From Trichomonas gallinae (Eukaryota), in contig MRSU01003717.1 of NCBI GenBank assembly GCA_008369845.1, forward strand, positions 1 through 34,061: DNA of 34,061 nt. The letters run 5' to 3'. The notes beneath the pieces are model-generated. The model did not search any database. It worked only from the letters and a program-made list of their open reading frames with translations, and was not told where the DNA came from. The translations under genes and the position numbers were made by a program. Of the stretch, positions 21,057-30,819 are shown in pieces. The number at the start of each line of letters is the position of its first letter. The first letter of the stretch is position 1.

Positions 21057-23036
21057 TTAAATTAGAGGTGTTTGGGTTGTGTTGCTTTCTATTTTCTTTT
21101 TGACACAAGTATAGAAGACAATTGTCGAGATAATAATGATGAGAATAATTACTGCAATCGTTATTACACATATTCCCCAAAATGATGATGCAAATGACTC
21201 TGTTTTGTGTTCATAATTGGTATTGAATCCGTGCCAAATATATTTCTTTTTGACAATTGTTGACTGAGATGCATAGTTCTCCCAAGAATCTTGCGATGGA
21301 AGTTTTATCATAATTTCAGAGAAGGAAATTGAATCATTGAGTGTTTCCGGAGGGTAATCTCCAAATGCAATCATCTTTAATTTTAAGCAGTTACCAAAAA
21401 TATTTGCATCTGTTATGTTCACATTGTGTAGTGAAGAAAGATTGACAAAAACAAGATTTGTGCAGTTATAGAAATGGAAATCGCCAGTTTTCAAAGTATC
21501 AACGGAATGTAAATCCAATACCTGCAAGCTGATGCAGTTTGCAAAAGCTGAAGGATAAATATATCTGCATTTTGGAATATTAACGTAAACCAAGTTCACA
21601 CATGAATAAAAAGCTTCTTGAAACAAATATTCAAGATTAGGCAAATTAACTGATATTATTGATTCACTTGATTTTAGAAATGATTCAGCATAATAGAGAG
21701 CTGGGAAGTTAATATGCCTTAGTTTTGTGCCAAGAAATACCAAGTCTGAAATCCTTTGGCATTCTGGAATATCAATACTTTCAAGATTTGAGCAGCCACG
21801 GAAGGCTTGACTATCAATAAAACGAACAATTGGAAGTTTGACACTCTTTAAATTTGGGCATAAGTAAAATCCTTTTTCGCAAACATATTCTAATGATGGG
21901 AGCTCAATTGTGGTCATTAGACAGTTTGTAAATACTTTAAAATGCATCCATTTAAAGCTTGGTATATATAAGCCATTTTCTATTTCGCAATAAGAAAATG
22001 CATTTTCATCAATAACTGAAACCAGAGGAGCATTGATGGATTTGACTGACGCATGATAAAAAGCTTCTGTTGCCAAAGACACACATTTTGGTAATTCTAT
22101 ATCTTGAAGGCTAGTGCAATATTGGAAAGCCAAATATGACACTAATCTCAGATTTGGAAGATACACATATTTTAATTTATATGAATATTCGAAACATTTC
22201 TGAGATATGAGCGTGGCGCTTTTCATGCTAACATTTTCAAGTGATGGATTACCTACAATTTCATCAATAAATTCGATACTATCGAGATTCAAATACTTAA
22301 GAAACATAAGATTTTTAAAACCTGTGTATTTATATCCATAATGAAACACCAACTTCGGAAGATAAAGTTCTGTTAAGTTAGGAACATCAAAGAAATTTTG
22401 ACGAGTGTTTAGAGTTGTTATTTCAGGAAGATAAAGTATTTTTATGTATTGATTATTGTCACCAAATGATTTCTCACCGAGAAATGTGCAAGAAGGGAGT
22501 TTTATTTCCTCTATATGGCATCCTGAAAATGTGAAATTAGAAACTTCTTGACACTTTGGAAAATCAATCTTTTCTAAATTTTGACATCCTGAAAATGATC
22601 CTTCATTCAGAGAAACAAGATTTGGTAGACTCATTTGATTCAAAGAAATACAATTCTGAAAAGCATATTCACCAATTTTTTTCACTGAATCAAGAAAAGC
22701 TGTTTCGAGCGTTGATATGTTTGCAAATGCATTTTTTCCAACTTCTGTAGCGCCATTAGCTATGATTGACTTGAAATGTTGCAAATTTGAAAAAGAATTT
22801 TCTGGAATCGATCCAACGAACGAATTCTCGTGTATTTCTATGCTCTTAAGGTTAGAATAAAGATGAATATCGAATTCTTCGAATGTAAACAAACCATCTG
22901 TGATTTTGATATCTTCAACTTCTTCGTGTTTAATGTTGTTTGCTGAAACTATTGCATCAATAGTTTCTCCATCGTATTTTTTGCTGTTGATTTCTGCTTT
23001 AAACGAAGCAGCACCATAGAATAAAAAAGAAAACAT
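21057..23036 (-). CDS. BspA-like (TpLRR / LRR_5) surface protein
   Basis: Short N-terminal hydrophobic signal, about 20 repeats of the type I..AF..C..L..I.LP, a C-terminal TM helix (FWGICVITIAVIILIIIISTIVFY) and a short tail ending TQTPLI. Confidence 0.92.
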   Translation of the reverse strand: MFSFLFYGAASFKAEINSKKYDGETIDAIVSANNIKHEEVEDIKITDGLFTFEEFDIHLYSNLKSIEIHENSFVGSIPENSFSNLQHFKSIIANGATEVGKNAFANISTLETAFLDSVKKIGEYAFQNCISLNQMSLPNLVSLNEGSFSGCQNLEKIDFPKCQEVSNFTFSGCHIEEIKLPSCTFLGEKSFGDNNQYIKILYLPEITTLNTRQNFFDVPNLTELYLPKLVFHYGYKYTGFKNLMFLKYLNLDSIEFIDEIVGNPSLENVSMKSATLISQKCFEYSYKLKYVYLPNLRLVSYLAFQYCTSLQDIELPKCVSLATEAFYHASVKSINAPLVSVIDENAFSYCEIENGLYIPSFKWMHFKVFTNCLMTTIELPSLEYVCEKGFYLCPNLKSVKLPIVRFIDSQAFRGCSNLESIDIPECQRISDLVFLGTKLRHINFPALYYAESFLKSSESIISVNLPNLEYLFQEAFYSCVNLVYVNIPKCRYIYPSAFANCISLQVLDLHSVDTLKTGDFHFYNCTNLVFVNLSSLHNVNITDANIFGNCLKLKMIAFGDYPPETLNDSISFSEIMIKLPSQDSWENYASQSTIVKKKYIWHGFNTNYEHKTESFASSFWGICVITIAVIILIIIISTIVFYTCVKKKIESNTTQTPLI

Positions 23037-23038
23037 TC

Positions 23039-23045
23039 AAAATGA
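23039..23045 (-). promoter_or_regulatory. Initiator (Inr)-like TCATTTT before the BspA ATG
   Basis: The minus strand reads ATATCATATCATTTTGAATG, matching the trichomonad TCA(C/T)(T/A) Inr. Confidence 0.6.
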
Positions 23046-23309
23046 TATGATATTCAATAAATCACAAAAAAATTATATATAATTCTTGTAATAATGAAAT
23101 TAATGCAAATTACAAAGAAAAATTTTTTCGATGTTTAAAATTCAAGAATAAACACTAATATTATCGTTCATTGCAACCATTATCTAGTACACATTATGAT
23201 TATTATAGTTCGAATCAATTACAGAAAAATCATTACAACAAAATGTTGTGTCAGATGTTGAAATGACGTTTTACAAAACTAAAATGTTATAATTGTTGTG
23301 ATACTTTTT

Positions 23310-23430
23310 GCAGTTTCATTCAATTTTGAATTAACCTTGAAAAGAATAACAACTATTTAAAGATGTATTGACATTTTATACAGTTTTAAACTTCGCTCAA
23401 ACCGCAAAAGTGTCAAACATTTTGCTAAAA
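23310..23430 (+). repeat. 121-bp dispersed direct repeat, copy A
   Basis: Ungapped manual alignment to 24854-24974 gives about 16 mismatches (about 87% identity). Confidence 0.92.
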
Positions 23431-24227
23431 CATACGATTATTTTCAATTCAAATTTCAATCCAATTTAAAGTGAATAAAATCATAAACTTCATAATTATA
23501 GTTTAAAAAATATTCATAATAATTAATCTAAACTAAATTATTTATCTGCCAGTCGTGAAAAGTGACAAATATTTTTTGCACAATTGGTAGATTTCATTAT
23601 ACTAGTGCATGAAATAAACTGTATATTTCTGATTGTGTTGAGCCAGGAATCTAAATTTAATTACTGAGCGAGAATTATTTCAAAATTACTGATTTCTTCA
23701 AACATAAAATGACGTTTTTTCATATTTTATATATGATCAAGCATGATTATGACTCTGATCTAGCTAGTTAATTATTATATAGTTTTCATATTTAACTTTC
23801 CCATTTTGTTTGCATATTAAATATAAAGGTATTGTGGATTGTAAGTATGAATAACATAGGAATCCTAACCAAAATTCGCAAATTCTAAATTTCATAAAAA
23901 ATTATACCAGATATACATATATATGGACCAAAAATAGTACACACATCATTATACTATATGTATTGTTTTCTATTATTCCGCATACAATGAAAACAACATT
24001 GGTATCATTGATCAATGTTTCACTGAAAACTAATGCAATAAATAAAAACTTTAACTATTCAATAAAAAATGTCTGAACTTATTGAATACCAAATGAATAT
24101 ATATGATACTTTGATAGCAAATGAGAAAATCGAAAGTTATGTAATTATTAGTATAACTGTTACATGCAGAGTTATCTGATGAAATATTGATTATTTTTAT
24201 TATACAACAACAAATTCGTAAGAGATA

Positions 24228-24608
24228 TTATATATGATCAACAAAAGACTTCAGTTGATTTAAGAAATTGCTCATTTCGTTTGGAAACTCGCTCAATAAT
24301 GAAATGTTGGCGTCTTTTTCACAAACAAAAGAGATATAGAAAGATTCCGCTTCGCAAAGTAAAAATATCGAGTCCTTGCATTCGACTGTAATAGATTTGT
24401 TATTTCCATATGATAATTTCCCGAGTCGGTCATAGTATGTGGGAAAAGAACGAACTAATTTTTCATCTGATTCTGATCTTGGCGCTGAAGATTCAGCGAG
24501 GATGGCTCCATGTGAATCTGATATATAAACTTTCTTGACACCGTGAACAGATTTCACAATATTGTCCAAGAAAGTTGTGGGTGCAATACTAGGGTCACTT
24601 TCGTTCAT
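24228..24608 (-). CDS. LAMTOR3: Ragulator subunit LAMTOR3/MP1-like roadblock protein
   Basis: 126 aa. V.GV..V.ISD.HG..L, KL.YG.NKSI and SFV...DAN..LL match the MAPKK1-interacting (MP1) family pattern. Confidence 0.8.
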   Translation of the reverse strand: MNESDPSIAPTTFLDNIVKSVHGVKKVYISDSHGAILAESSAPRSESDEKLVRSFPTYYDRLGKLSYGNNKSITVECKDSIFLLCEAESFYISFVCEKDANISLLSEFPNEMSNFLNQLKSFVDHI

Positions 24609-24610
24609 CT

Positions 24611-24618
24611 GTCACTTT
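24611..24618 (-). promoter_or_regulatory. AAAGTGAC motif (M2-like) immediately upstream of the LAMTOR3 ATG
   Basis: The minus strand reads TAAAAGTGACAGATG. Confidence 0.6.
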
Positions 24619-24654
24619 TATATTCATAAGATGCTCCCCCTGAATAGTGATTAA

Positions 24655-24850
24655 TAAAAATGACAAAATAACTTTACAAAAATACAAAAAATGACAAAAT
24701 AACTAGAATAATTAATTGAAATTACAAAAAAAGACAATTTTACTTTACAACAAAGTTAGAAATGAGTTTACATATAAAAATGACAAAATAGTTTAACATT
24801 GATGACAAAAATGTATTTACAAAAATAAAAATGACAAATTAAATTTACAA
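24655..24850 (+). repeat. Degenerate tandem array of AAAATGACAAAA / TTTACA units
   Basis: At least five ATGACAAA words interleaved with TTACA. AAAAATGACAAAATAACT occurs twice, about 31 nt apart. Confidence 0.7.
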
Positions 24851-24853
24851 ATC

Positions 24854-24974
24854 GCGGTTTCATTCAATTTTGTATTCACCTTGAAAAGAATAACGACTAT
24901 TTCGAAATGTATTGACACTTTATGCGGTTTTGAGCTACCCTCAAACCGCAAAAATGTCAGACATTTTGCTAAAA
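24854..24974 (+). repeat. 121-bp dispersed direct repeat, copy B, with internal inverted repeat
   Basis: Matches 23310-23430 and contains the hairpin TGACACTTTATGCGGTTTTGAG-CTACC-CTCAAACCGCAAAAATGTCA. Confidence 0.92.
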
Positions 24975-25050
24975 TGTCAGAATTGAATTTAAAATTGACA
25001 AAATGACTTTACATTTATGTCAGAAATGAATTTACAAAACGTGAAAGTAG

Positions 25051-26250
25051 ATGTTTGCACCTCAACAAAATGATGATACAAACTCTCTTTCTTTGGACTC
25101 CACATTCAATTCTGAAGAGATTATACAGATATTGAGGCCAATACTTGATAAAAACATCACTTCTGATAAACTAAAAACGAATATCGTAAATCATTTAGCT
25201 AACGAACTCCGAGAAACATCACTTAATATTAAAATGGAAAGAATTAACAGAAGATTAAGACAATGTCATGAAATGCTGAACGATTTCTCATCAAAACGTA
25301 GATCTGATGAAGAAATAAACATGAGAATTAATTCAGTGCGCAATGAACTTTTCGATGTACTTTCTTTCGTGCAAATGTTAAGTGGATTAAATCCTCAAGG
25401 CGCCTTAGAATGTAAAATCAAAGTTGATTTTATTGAAGCGTTTAATTTCCTTCATAAATTAATTCACATGATAAAGTGGACGAATCAGTCTCCAAAAATA
25501 CTTACAACAATCCGCCAGCAATTCGATCATGCTTGCATGCAAATTTTTACTTCAATAATCAACTTAAATATCACTAAATTCGATAGCAAGGAGACACTGG
25601 ATCATTGCTTAACTATGCTGCTAGATGTGGATTTCAAAGGACTTTATTCCATGAATTTAATTTTGCCTTTACGTGGATATTACGAAAACATACAACTTCA
25701 GAGCTTCAAAGAGAATCCAACACTGCAGCACCTCAATTCAGTGTTATATACAGCTGCTAAAAAAGGAATTATTGCAGATTTGATTCCATATATTAATTCA
25801 ATCGAAACTCCGGTTGGAGACCCACGAAAAGCGCGAATGCTACTTGCTCGCGTGCAATTGATACCAGAATTAAAAGAAATTACTAAAAATGCAGTTATGA
25901 ATTGTGATAATTCAGATGCATTGATTCAAGCACTTGAAGTTTATAGTACTGATGAAGATATTACTACTCACTACCTCACTGTCCTTGCAAAGCATTGCAG
26001 CAACTGGCTAAATGCAATTTTAGTTTGGCCGTCATGGAATTCGCCAAATGTACGTGTTCCTTATTCTCACTTTAAGAGAATGTTTGAGAAATTATCGGAT
26101 TCAGAACGATCTGAAGTATTTTCAACAATAACAGAATCTGATGTTGCACAATCAGTTGCATCAATGTACAAAATGCGCTTGAATGAACTAGCTACTGGTG
26201 ATGACATGTGCCGAGATATCAGTACTATAATCAATCTTACGATTCGTTAA
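25051..26250 (+). CDS. Hypothetical all-alpha protein with N-terminal coiled coil
   Basis: 399-codon ATG-initiated ORF with amphipathic helical patterning. No family confidently recognised; the confidence refers to it being coding. Confidence 0.8.
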   Translation: MFAPQQNDDTNSLSLDSTFNSEEIIQILRPILDKNITSDKLKTNIVNHLANELRETSLNIKMERINRRLRQCHEMLNDFSSKRRSDEEINMRINSVRNELFDVLSFVQMLSGLNPQGALECKIKVDFIEAFNFLHKLIHMIKWTNQSPKILTTIRQQFDHACMQIFTSIINLNITKFDSKETLDHCLTMLLDVDFKGLYSMNLILPLRGYYENIQLQSFKENPTLQHLNSVLYTAAKKGIIADLIPYINSIETPVGDPRKARMLLARVQLIPELKEITKNAVMNCDNSDALIQALEVYSTDEDITTHYLTVLAKHCSNWLNAILVWPSWNSPNVRVPYSHFKRMFEKLSDSERSEVFSTITESDVAQSVASMYKMRLNELATGDDMCRDISTIINLTIR

Positions 26251-26569
26251 TTATAAGCAGAAATATATCTTTGTTTGTTTGTAAAACTTTATAATACACT
26301 CAAATTTGTTTTTATTAACAGCATTCTCGTCAAATAAGATGATTTCAAAAATTCATTTTATATTTCCAGATTTCTTGGGTTTTGACGATAATATAGGTAT
26401 TAGTTCGAAAAATAATATATATTACAAGTTTCTCAAAGTCAAAATAACAAATTATATTTGAAATCATAAAAATTATAAATTTTCATTTGTATGATTCATT
26501 GTAAAAGACAAAATATATGATAAAGATACAAACAAAATTTACTAATATGGATAAATAAAAATTATAAAA

Positions 26570-29401
26570 TTATTTTGCTCGAAGAAGTTTCATTGCTTCT
26601 CTTACATTTGACAGCATCTTGAGTATAGATGTGTTTTTCTGCGCCAAATAAGTCAGCATCGGAATTAAAACTTTTTCAGCTGAAAAGAGCATCTGCCTTT
26701 GTTTCTCGTCGTTGTATTTGCTGTTGATCTCTTCAAAGGAAGCCTGTGGATCAAGTGAGCATAAAATTGACTGCGAGCAGTAAACTATTGCTCGTCCAAT
26801 TGCAACTTTTCCTTGTACAGAAGGTTTATAGTTGTCGAGAGAAAACAACTTCAAATGCGCAATAATTTTGCACTCATCTGCTGTTGTCTTGCTCGAGCAG
26901 TAGTCAGAAATGGTGCTGACTATCTGTAGTAGGCTGTTCTCGTCTAGATTGCTCGCCAAAGGTAGAATCCTTGACGCGTATTTTTTGCGGTAAAACGGCA
27001 AACTATTGATATATTTTTCTGTTTTTTCGTCATTATTCATTGTCCACTGGTCAACACATCCGTACATCACTGCCAATAGACCGATAATGACTCGTTCAGC
27101 GTCGTTGAACCATGGCTTCCATTGGGGAACAATCATGAAAATGTTGACCATTTCGAAAATTCTCTGCGGAGCAAAGTTTCCTTCAGAATGAGTCATAGAT
27201 ACATAGGAAAGCAAATCTGACAAGACGTGAACATCACAATCGAAGACATCTGTTGCTTTGATACGAATAAAAGAAGCCACCAAAACGTCATTCCTCTCCA
27301 TTTCGTGTTTGTGGCATTCTTTGAAAGCTCGCCATTCCGCATATGATTCCATGACCTCGAATTCTTTGTCATTCAACTTTTTCTCGCTTGACACGTAAAT
27401 TGGTGTTCCATCATCACATACTGCAGCTGCAACGCTCGCTGACCTTGTGCTCTTTTTGTCGCTGACTATTTTGGTTTGTAAGATATTTGTCATTTTTTCG
27501 TCGTCAGGATTCGACAGATTATTCAAAATGGTTTCGAATTTCTTGAGTTCTCTGTTTTGTAGAAAAGGCATCAGTATAAGAATAAACGTTTGGAGGCACT
27601 TAATATGATTATCGAAGTTAGTTGACTCCTCTTCTGTCTCATAAATAGCTTTGATGAAGATTTTCTTGTCGAAAGAAATCAACTTAAATAATTTTGTTTT
27701 TTCGTCAACATCATCAATAACTGATTCAGCTATTTCACACTCATTGGCATCTATTAACTCGTTTGTGCTTATATCTATGAAATTGTCTTCGTCCATTCTC
27801 AAGAAAATCGAAATTTTCATTCGCAAAAATTTTTCAACTTTTTCGATAAAATCATCATCATTAATTTGCTTCGTGAACTTGCTGATGAACTCTGATGAAA
27901 ACGGGAATGAGCCCATTTCAAGGAGCTGCTCCTTCTTGGCGACAGCGAGTTGTCTTCTCAGCTTGTACTGAAGGAGAAGAGGGGAAAGAGACTCAGCAAA
28001 TAAACGTGAAAGTCCTACAAAAATATTTGAAAATTCATTAGAAAACTTTGGATTGTAAATGGCTAAGATAACAGGCAGCGTTCTAACAGGCACAACTAGC
28101 ATTGATGTTATCTTTGATAGTGTAGGTTCATCGTCTGCTGACCTGTTAAACAGACTTTGGCTTCTCGGATTTCGAATTGCGTTGACAATGTTGTTTTCGT
28201 AGGCTTCTCTTATGAGGCTTGGCTCGGCTGGGAGAATCTGTAATGATGGGAAATCTACTTCTGCGCCTTCAACTGCCAAAACTCTGCAAATTGTTGCATC
28301 GCATAAATTGCAGGCTTCTTTTGCTACATTTGTGAATAAATCATCATTGTTGTTTTCATATTCGCGGAGATTGGATATGGCTTTGGCTAATTTCATGTAC
28401 GAATAAGGAGAAGCGTGCAAAAATGAAAATCTCCATAATGAAATCAAAGGCTTCAAGAATGTTAATGTTGCTGTGATATATTGTTTTTCTATAGCTGATA
28501 CTGTTCTTTCAGTTGCCAATAGGCCTAAAGCGACGTGTAATTGGTTCAAATGCAGAGGAAAAGCAAAAACCGGCTTCTCTTCGAAAATTGGAGCTTCACA
28601 TGTAATCTCAAAGCTCTTTGATGACATTGGGCTGACTATATAATCGTTATTGTCTTGATGGACAAGAAATCCAGATAAAGAATCATCAATGTCAATGAAT
28701 TTTGACTGTTTGGAATCTGGGAAGAATAATGTTTCACCTTCTGAGCACGTGTAAACTACTTTAAATGTATCATAGTTAAGCTTTGTTGCAATTTTTTGAA
28801 TTTGTCTTTGGTAAAAGTCTAAAAAAGCAGGCTCTGATATATTTGGAGAGTTAATTCTTTCCAGTAGAGGCTGCTCATGTGACAAGTCTATTAAATAATC
28901 TGTGACTTCTGTGAAGAAATTATTGATTTTTTTGATTCTTTCTGCCATTTTTGTTAAAAATTCGATTTGAATCTCTGGTGTGGCGTGTGTTAAAGCGATC
29001 TGCAACTTTGAATCAAAAATACTCGAATTTTCGAATATCAATTGTTCAAATAATGGTTCTTCGTCGATGTACTTTTGAACTTTTATTGGTTCAGATTGTA
29101 ATAATAGTTTCTGGAGTATTTTGTCTGCGATATTTTCGATGTTTGTCGTTGTTTGAATAACAGGTTTCAAAGGGCCCAAGACAACTGGTTTTTGGACTCT
29201 TTCTTCGAGTGTTTTGTCAATAAGAAGCTGTAACTGTTGGCTTTTAAATGATAATTTCTTTATTTTCTTTCGTAATTTTGATTCTTCTTCTTTAAACATC
29301 TCAATTCTTTCTTTTATTGCATTTATTGTAGATTGTGCTTCATGAATAACAGCAGGACTGGGTTGAATATTACTGAATCCATTCGGTGAAAAAAGATACA
29401 T
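26570..29401 (-). CDS. GAF-domain protein with degenerate class I cyclic-nucleotide phosphodiesterase-like C-terminus
   Basis: N-terminal coiled coil, then a GAF pattern (EACNLCDATIC..., IRNPRSQSLFNRSAD...ITSMLVVPV..ILAIYN..F), then a helical region resembling the PDE catalytic domain. Start placed at ATG 29401, downstream of an Inr. Confidence 0.7.
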   Translation of the reverse strand: MYLFSPNGFSNIQPSPAVIHEAQSTINAIKERIEMFKEEESKLRKKIKKLSFKSQQLQLLIDKTLEERVQKPVVLGPLKPVIQTTTNIENIADKILQKLLLQSEPIKVQKYIDEEPLFEQLIFENSSIFDSKLQIALTHATPEIQIEFLTKMAERIKKINNFFTEVTDYLIDLSHEQPLLERINSPNISEPAFLDFYQRQIQKIATKLNYDTFKVVYTCSEGETLFFPDSKQSKFIDIDDSLSGFLVHQDNNDYIVSPMSSKSFEITCEAPIFEEKPVFAFPLHLNQLHVALGLLATERTVSAIEKQYITATLTFLKPLISLWRFSFLHASPYSYMKLAKAISNLREYENNNDDLFTNVAKEACNLCDATICRVLAVEGAEVDFPSLQILPAEPSLIREAYENNIVNAIRNPRSQSLFNRSADDEPTLSKITSMLVVPVRTLPVILAIYNPKFSNEFSNIFVGLSRLFAESLSPLLLQYKLRRQLAVAKKEQLLEMGSFPFSSEFISKFTKQINDDDFIEKVEKFLRMKISIFLRMDEDNFIDISTNELIDANECEIAESVIDDVDEKTKLFKLISFDKKIFIKAIYETEEESTNFDNHIKCLQTFILILMPFLQNRELKKFETILNNLSNPDDEKMTNILQTKIVSDKKSTRSASVAAAVCDDGTPIYVSSEKKLNDKEFEVMESYAEWRAFKECHKHEMERNDVLVASFIRIKATDVFDCDVHVLSDLLSYVSMTHSEGNFAPQRIFEMVNIFMIVPQWKPWFNDAERVIIGLLAVMYGCVDQWTMNNDEKTEKYINSLPFYRKKYASRILPLASNLDENSLLQIVSTISDYCSSKTTADECKIIAHLKLFSLDNYKPSVQGKVAIGRAIVYCSQSILCSLDPQASFEEINSKYNDEKQRQMLFSAEKVLIPMLTYLAQKNTSILKMLSNVREAMKLLRAK

Positions 29402-29415
29402 TAAAAACGAATAAA

Positions 29416-29422
29416 AAAGTGA
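29416..29422 (-). promoter_or_regulatory. Initiator (Inr) TCACTTT
   Basis: The minus strand reads GTCACTTTTTTATTCGTTTTTAATG, which supports ATG 29401 over 29434. Confidence 0.65.
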
Positions 29423-30234
29423 CTTTAATATCATTCAAGACTTAATATATATCATCTAAACACTTCATTTAGTCTGATTTCATCATTTAATCTCATATAA
29501 AGATACTTTATCATGATGTTCATTTCTTGAAGCCAATATCAATGGAGTTTTATTCATTTTTAAAAGATAATTGATGAATAATATCGATCCTCATTTCCTG
29601 GCCGGCAAAATATTAAGGAATACCTTGTTGATATGCTTCTTAATTATTGATTTTGTATTTTCGTCGAAGAAATTGCTATGGATATGTACTATATTCGTGG
29701 ATACACATCTCATTCCAATGTATTGTTTCGATGCAGCCTAAAGAGAATATTCGCTATGTTGCTTTTGTTTAGATTGAAATCCAAAATAATGTTGGCCAAA
29801 TCTCTTTAATCTTTCATATATATAACCTTAAGAAATATATCTATTAAAATAAGCATAAATTTTGTTTCAATTATGATAAATATTTCCAAAAAAAATATAA
29901 TAAAGATATTTCGTTATTATACTGATGCTATAATACACAAATCATGGAGTGCTTATCATATGCAAATTATTTCTAAAAATATTATAATCAATCAAATTTA
30001 ATATTTGTAAAACTAGAACGAAAGCTGCATTTTCATGAACGTTGTGAGAAGTTGATGTATATGATAAAACCGAAGCCAACCACATCAGTTTATTGATATT
30101 AAATTTAAAAAAATAAAAATCAATTTCTGTTAGAGTAAAAATAGAAGCCAAAATATGTGGTAAAGATATTCTGGTGTGTAAAGAATATAGTTGGAGAAAG
30201 GATATTCAATATTAATTCTTTAATAATAATAAAG

Positions 30235-30819
30235 TTATTTCTTCTTGCCTTTTCCGCCCGATTTTGATAGACCTAATGTATCAATGAAGTTCGTGATTTC
30301 GATCCTTGTCTTCCTAAGCTCGTATTGGACAACGTTGTAACGATATTGAACTTGTTTTTCTATTAAACTATCATCTTCCTCATGGAAATCGAGAGAAAAG
30401 ATTGGTACGTCTTTGAATTTAAGCGGCATGACTATATTAAGCTGAAGGGTGTCGTTGTTCGGGGAATCGAATTCGACATTGTATTCATCTTTCTCTAAAG
30501 CGGCTTTGCTGAGAATTTCCATCATAACCTTTGGGAAATCTTCGAATAATGTCTTCAAATTTTCTTTATCTTTGAGAGTCTCGAATGAATCTTCGTCATA
30601 TTCGACAGAATACAGGAAGAATATGTTTTCTTGCTGCGAAATTTCGAATCTGATTGTTTGTAATTTGTCATATTTATCCTTTTTTGTAAAAATTTTAATA
30701 TTTGTAGGGCGAACTTCGATATTGTTTGAGCTGTTGGTGTGATACTTGAAGTTGATCTCTTTGGAGTACTCTATCTTCTCGCCTGGCTTGAGAGAAGGAT
30801 CTTGAAGCGGGTCTTCCAT
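30235..30819 (-). CDS. SAS-6 N-terminal domain protein (short, SAS6-like)
   Basis: IFFLY...DE.SF..LK...NL...F..FP and L.IV..L.FK...IFSL.F match the SAS-6 head (PISA) motif, followed by only a short coiled coil and a basic tail. Confidence 0.85.
   Translation of the reverse strand: MEDPLQDPSLKPGEKIEYSKEINFKYHTNSSNNIEVRPTNIKIFTKKDKYDKLQTIRFEISQQENIFFLYSVEYDEDSFETLKDKENLKTLFEDFPKVMMEILSKAALEKDEYNVEFDSPNNDTLQLNIVMPLKFKDVPIFSLDFHEEDDSLIEKQVQYRYNVVQYELRKTRIEITNFIDTLGLSKSGGKGKKK

Noticed and set aside
29510..30200. Possible decayed gene remnants between the GAF and SAS-6-like genes
   Set aside because: Frames are broken by multiple stops and no motif was recognised.
1..30819. A functional cluster of cytoskeletal genes (TTLL, CFAP92-like, SAS-6-like) or of pseudoenzymes
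   Set aside because: The genes are far apart, on mixed strands and interleaved with unrelated genes; such families are expected to be abundant in a flagellate with expanded gene families.
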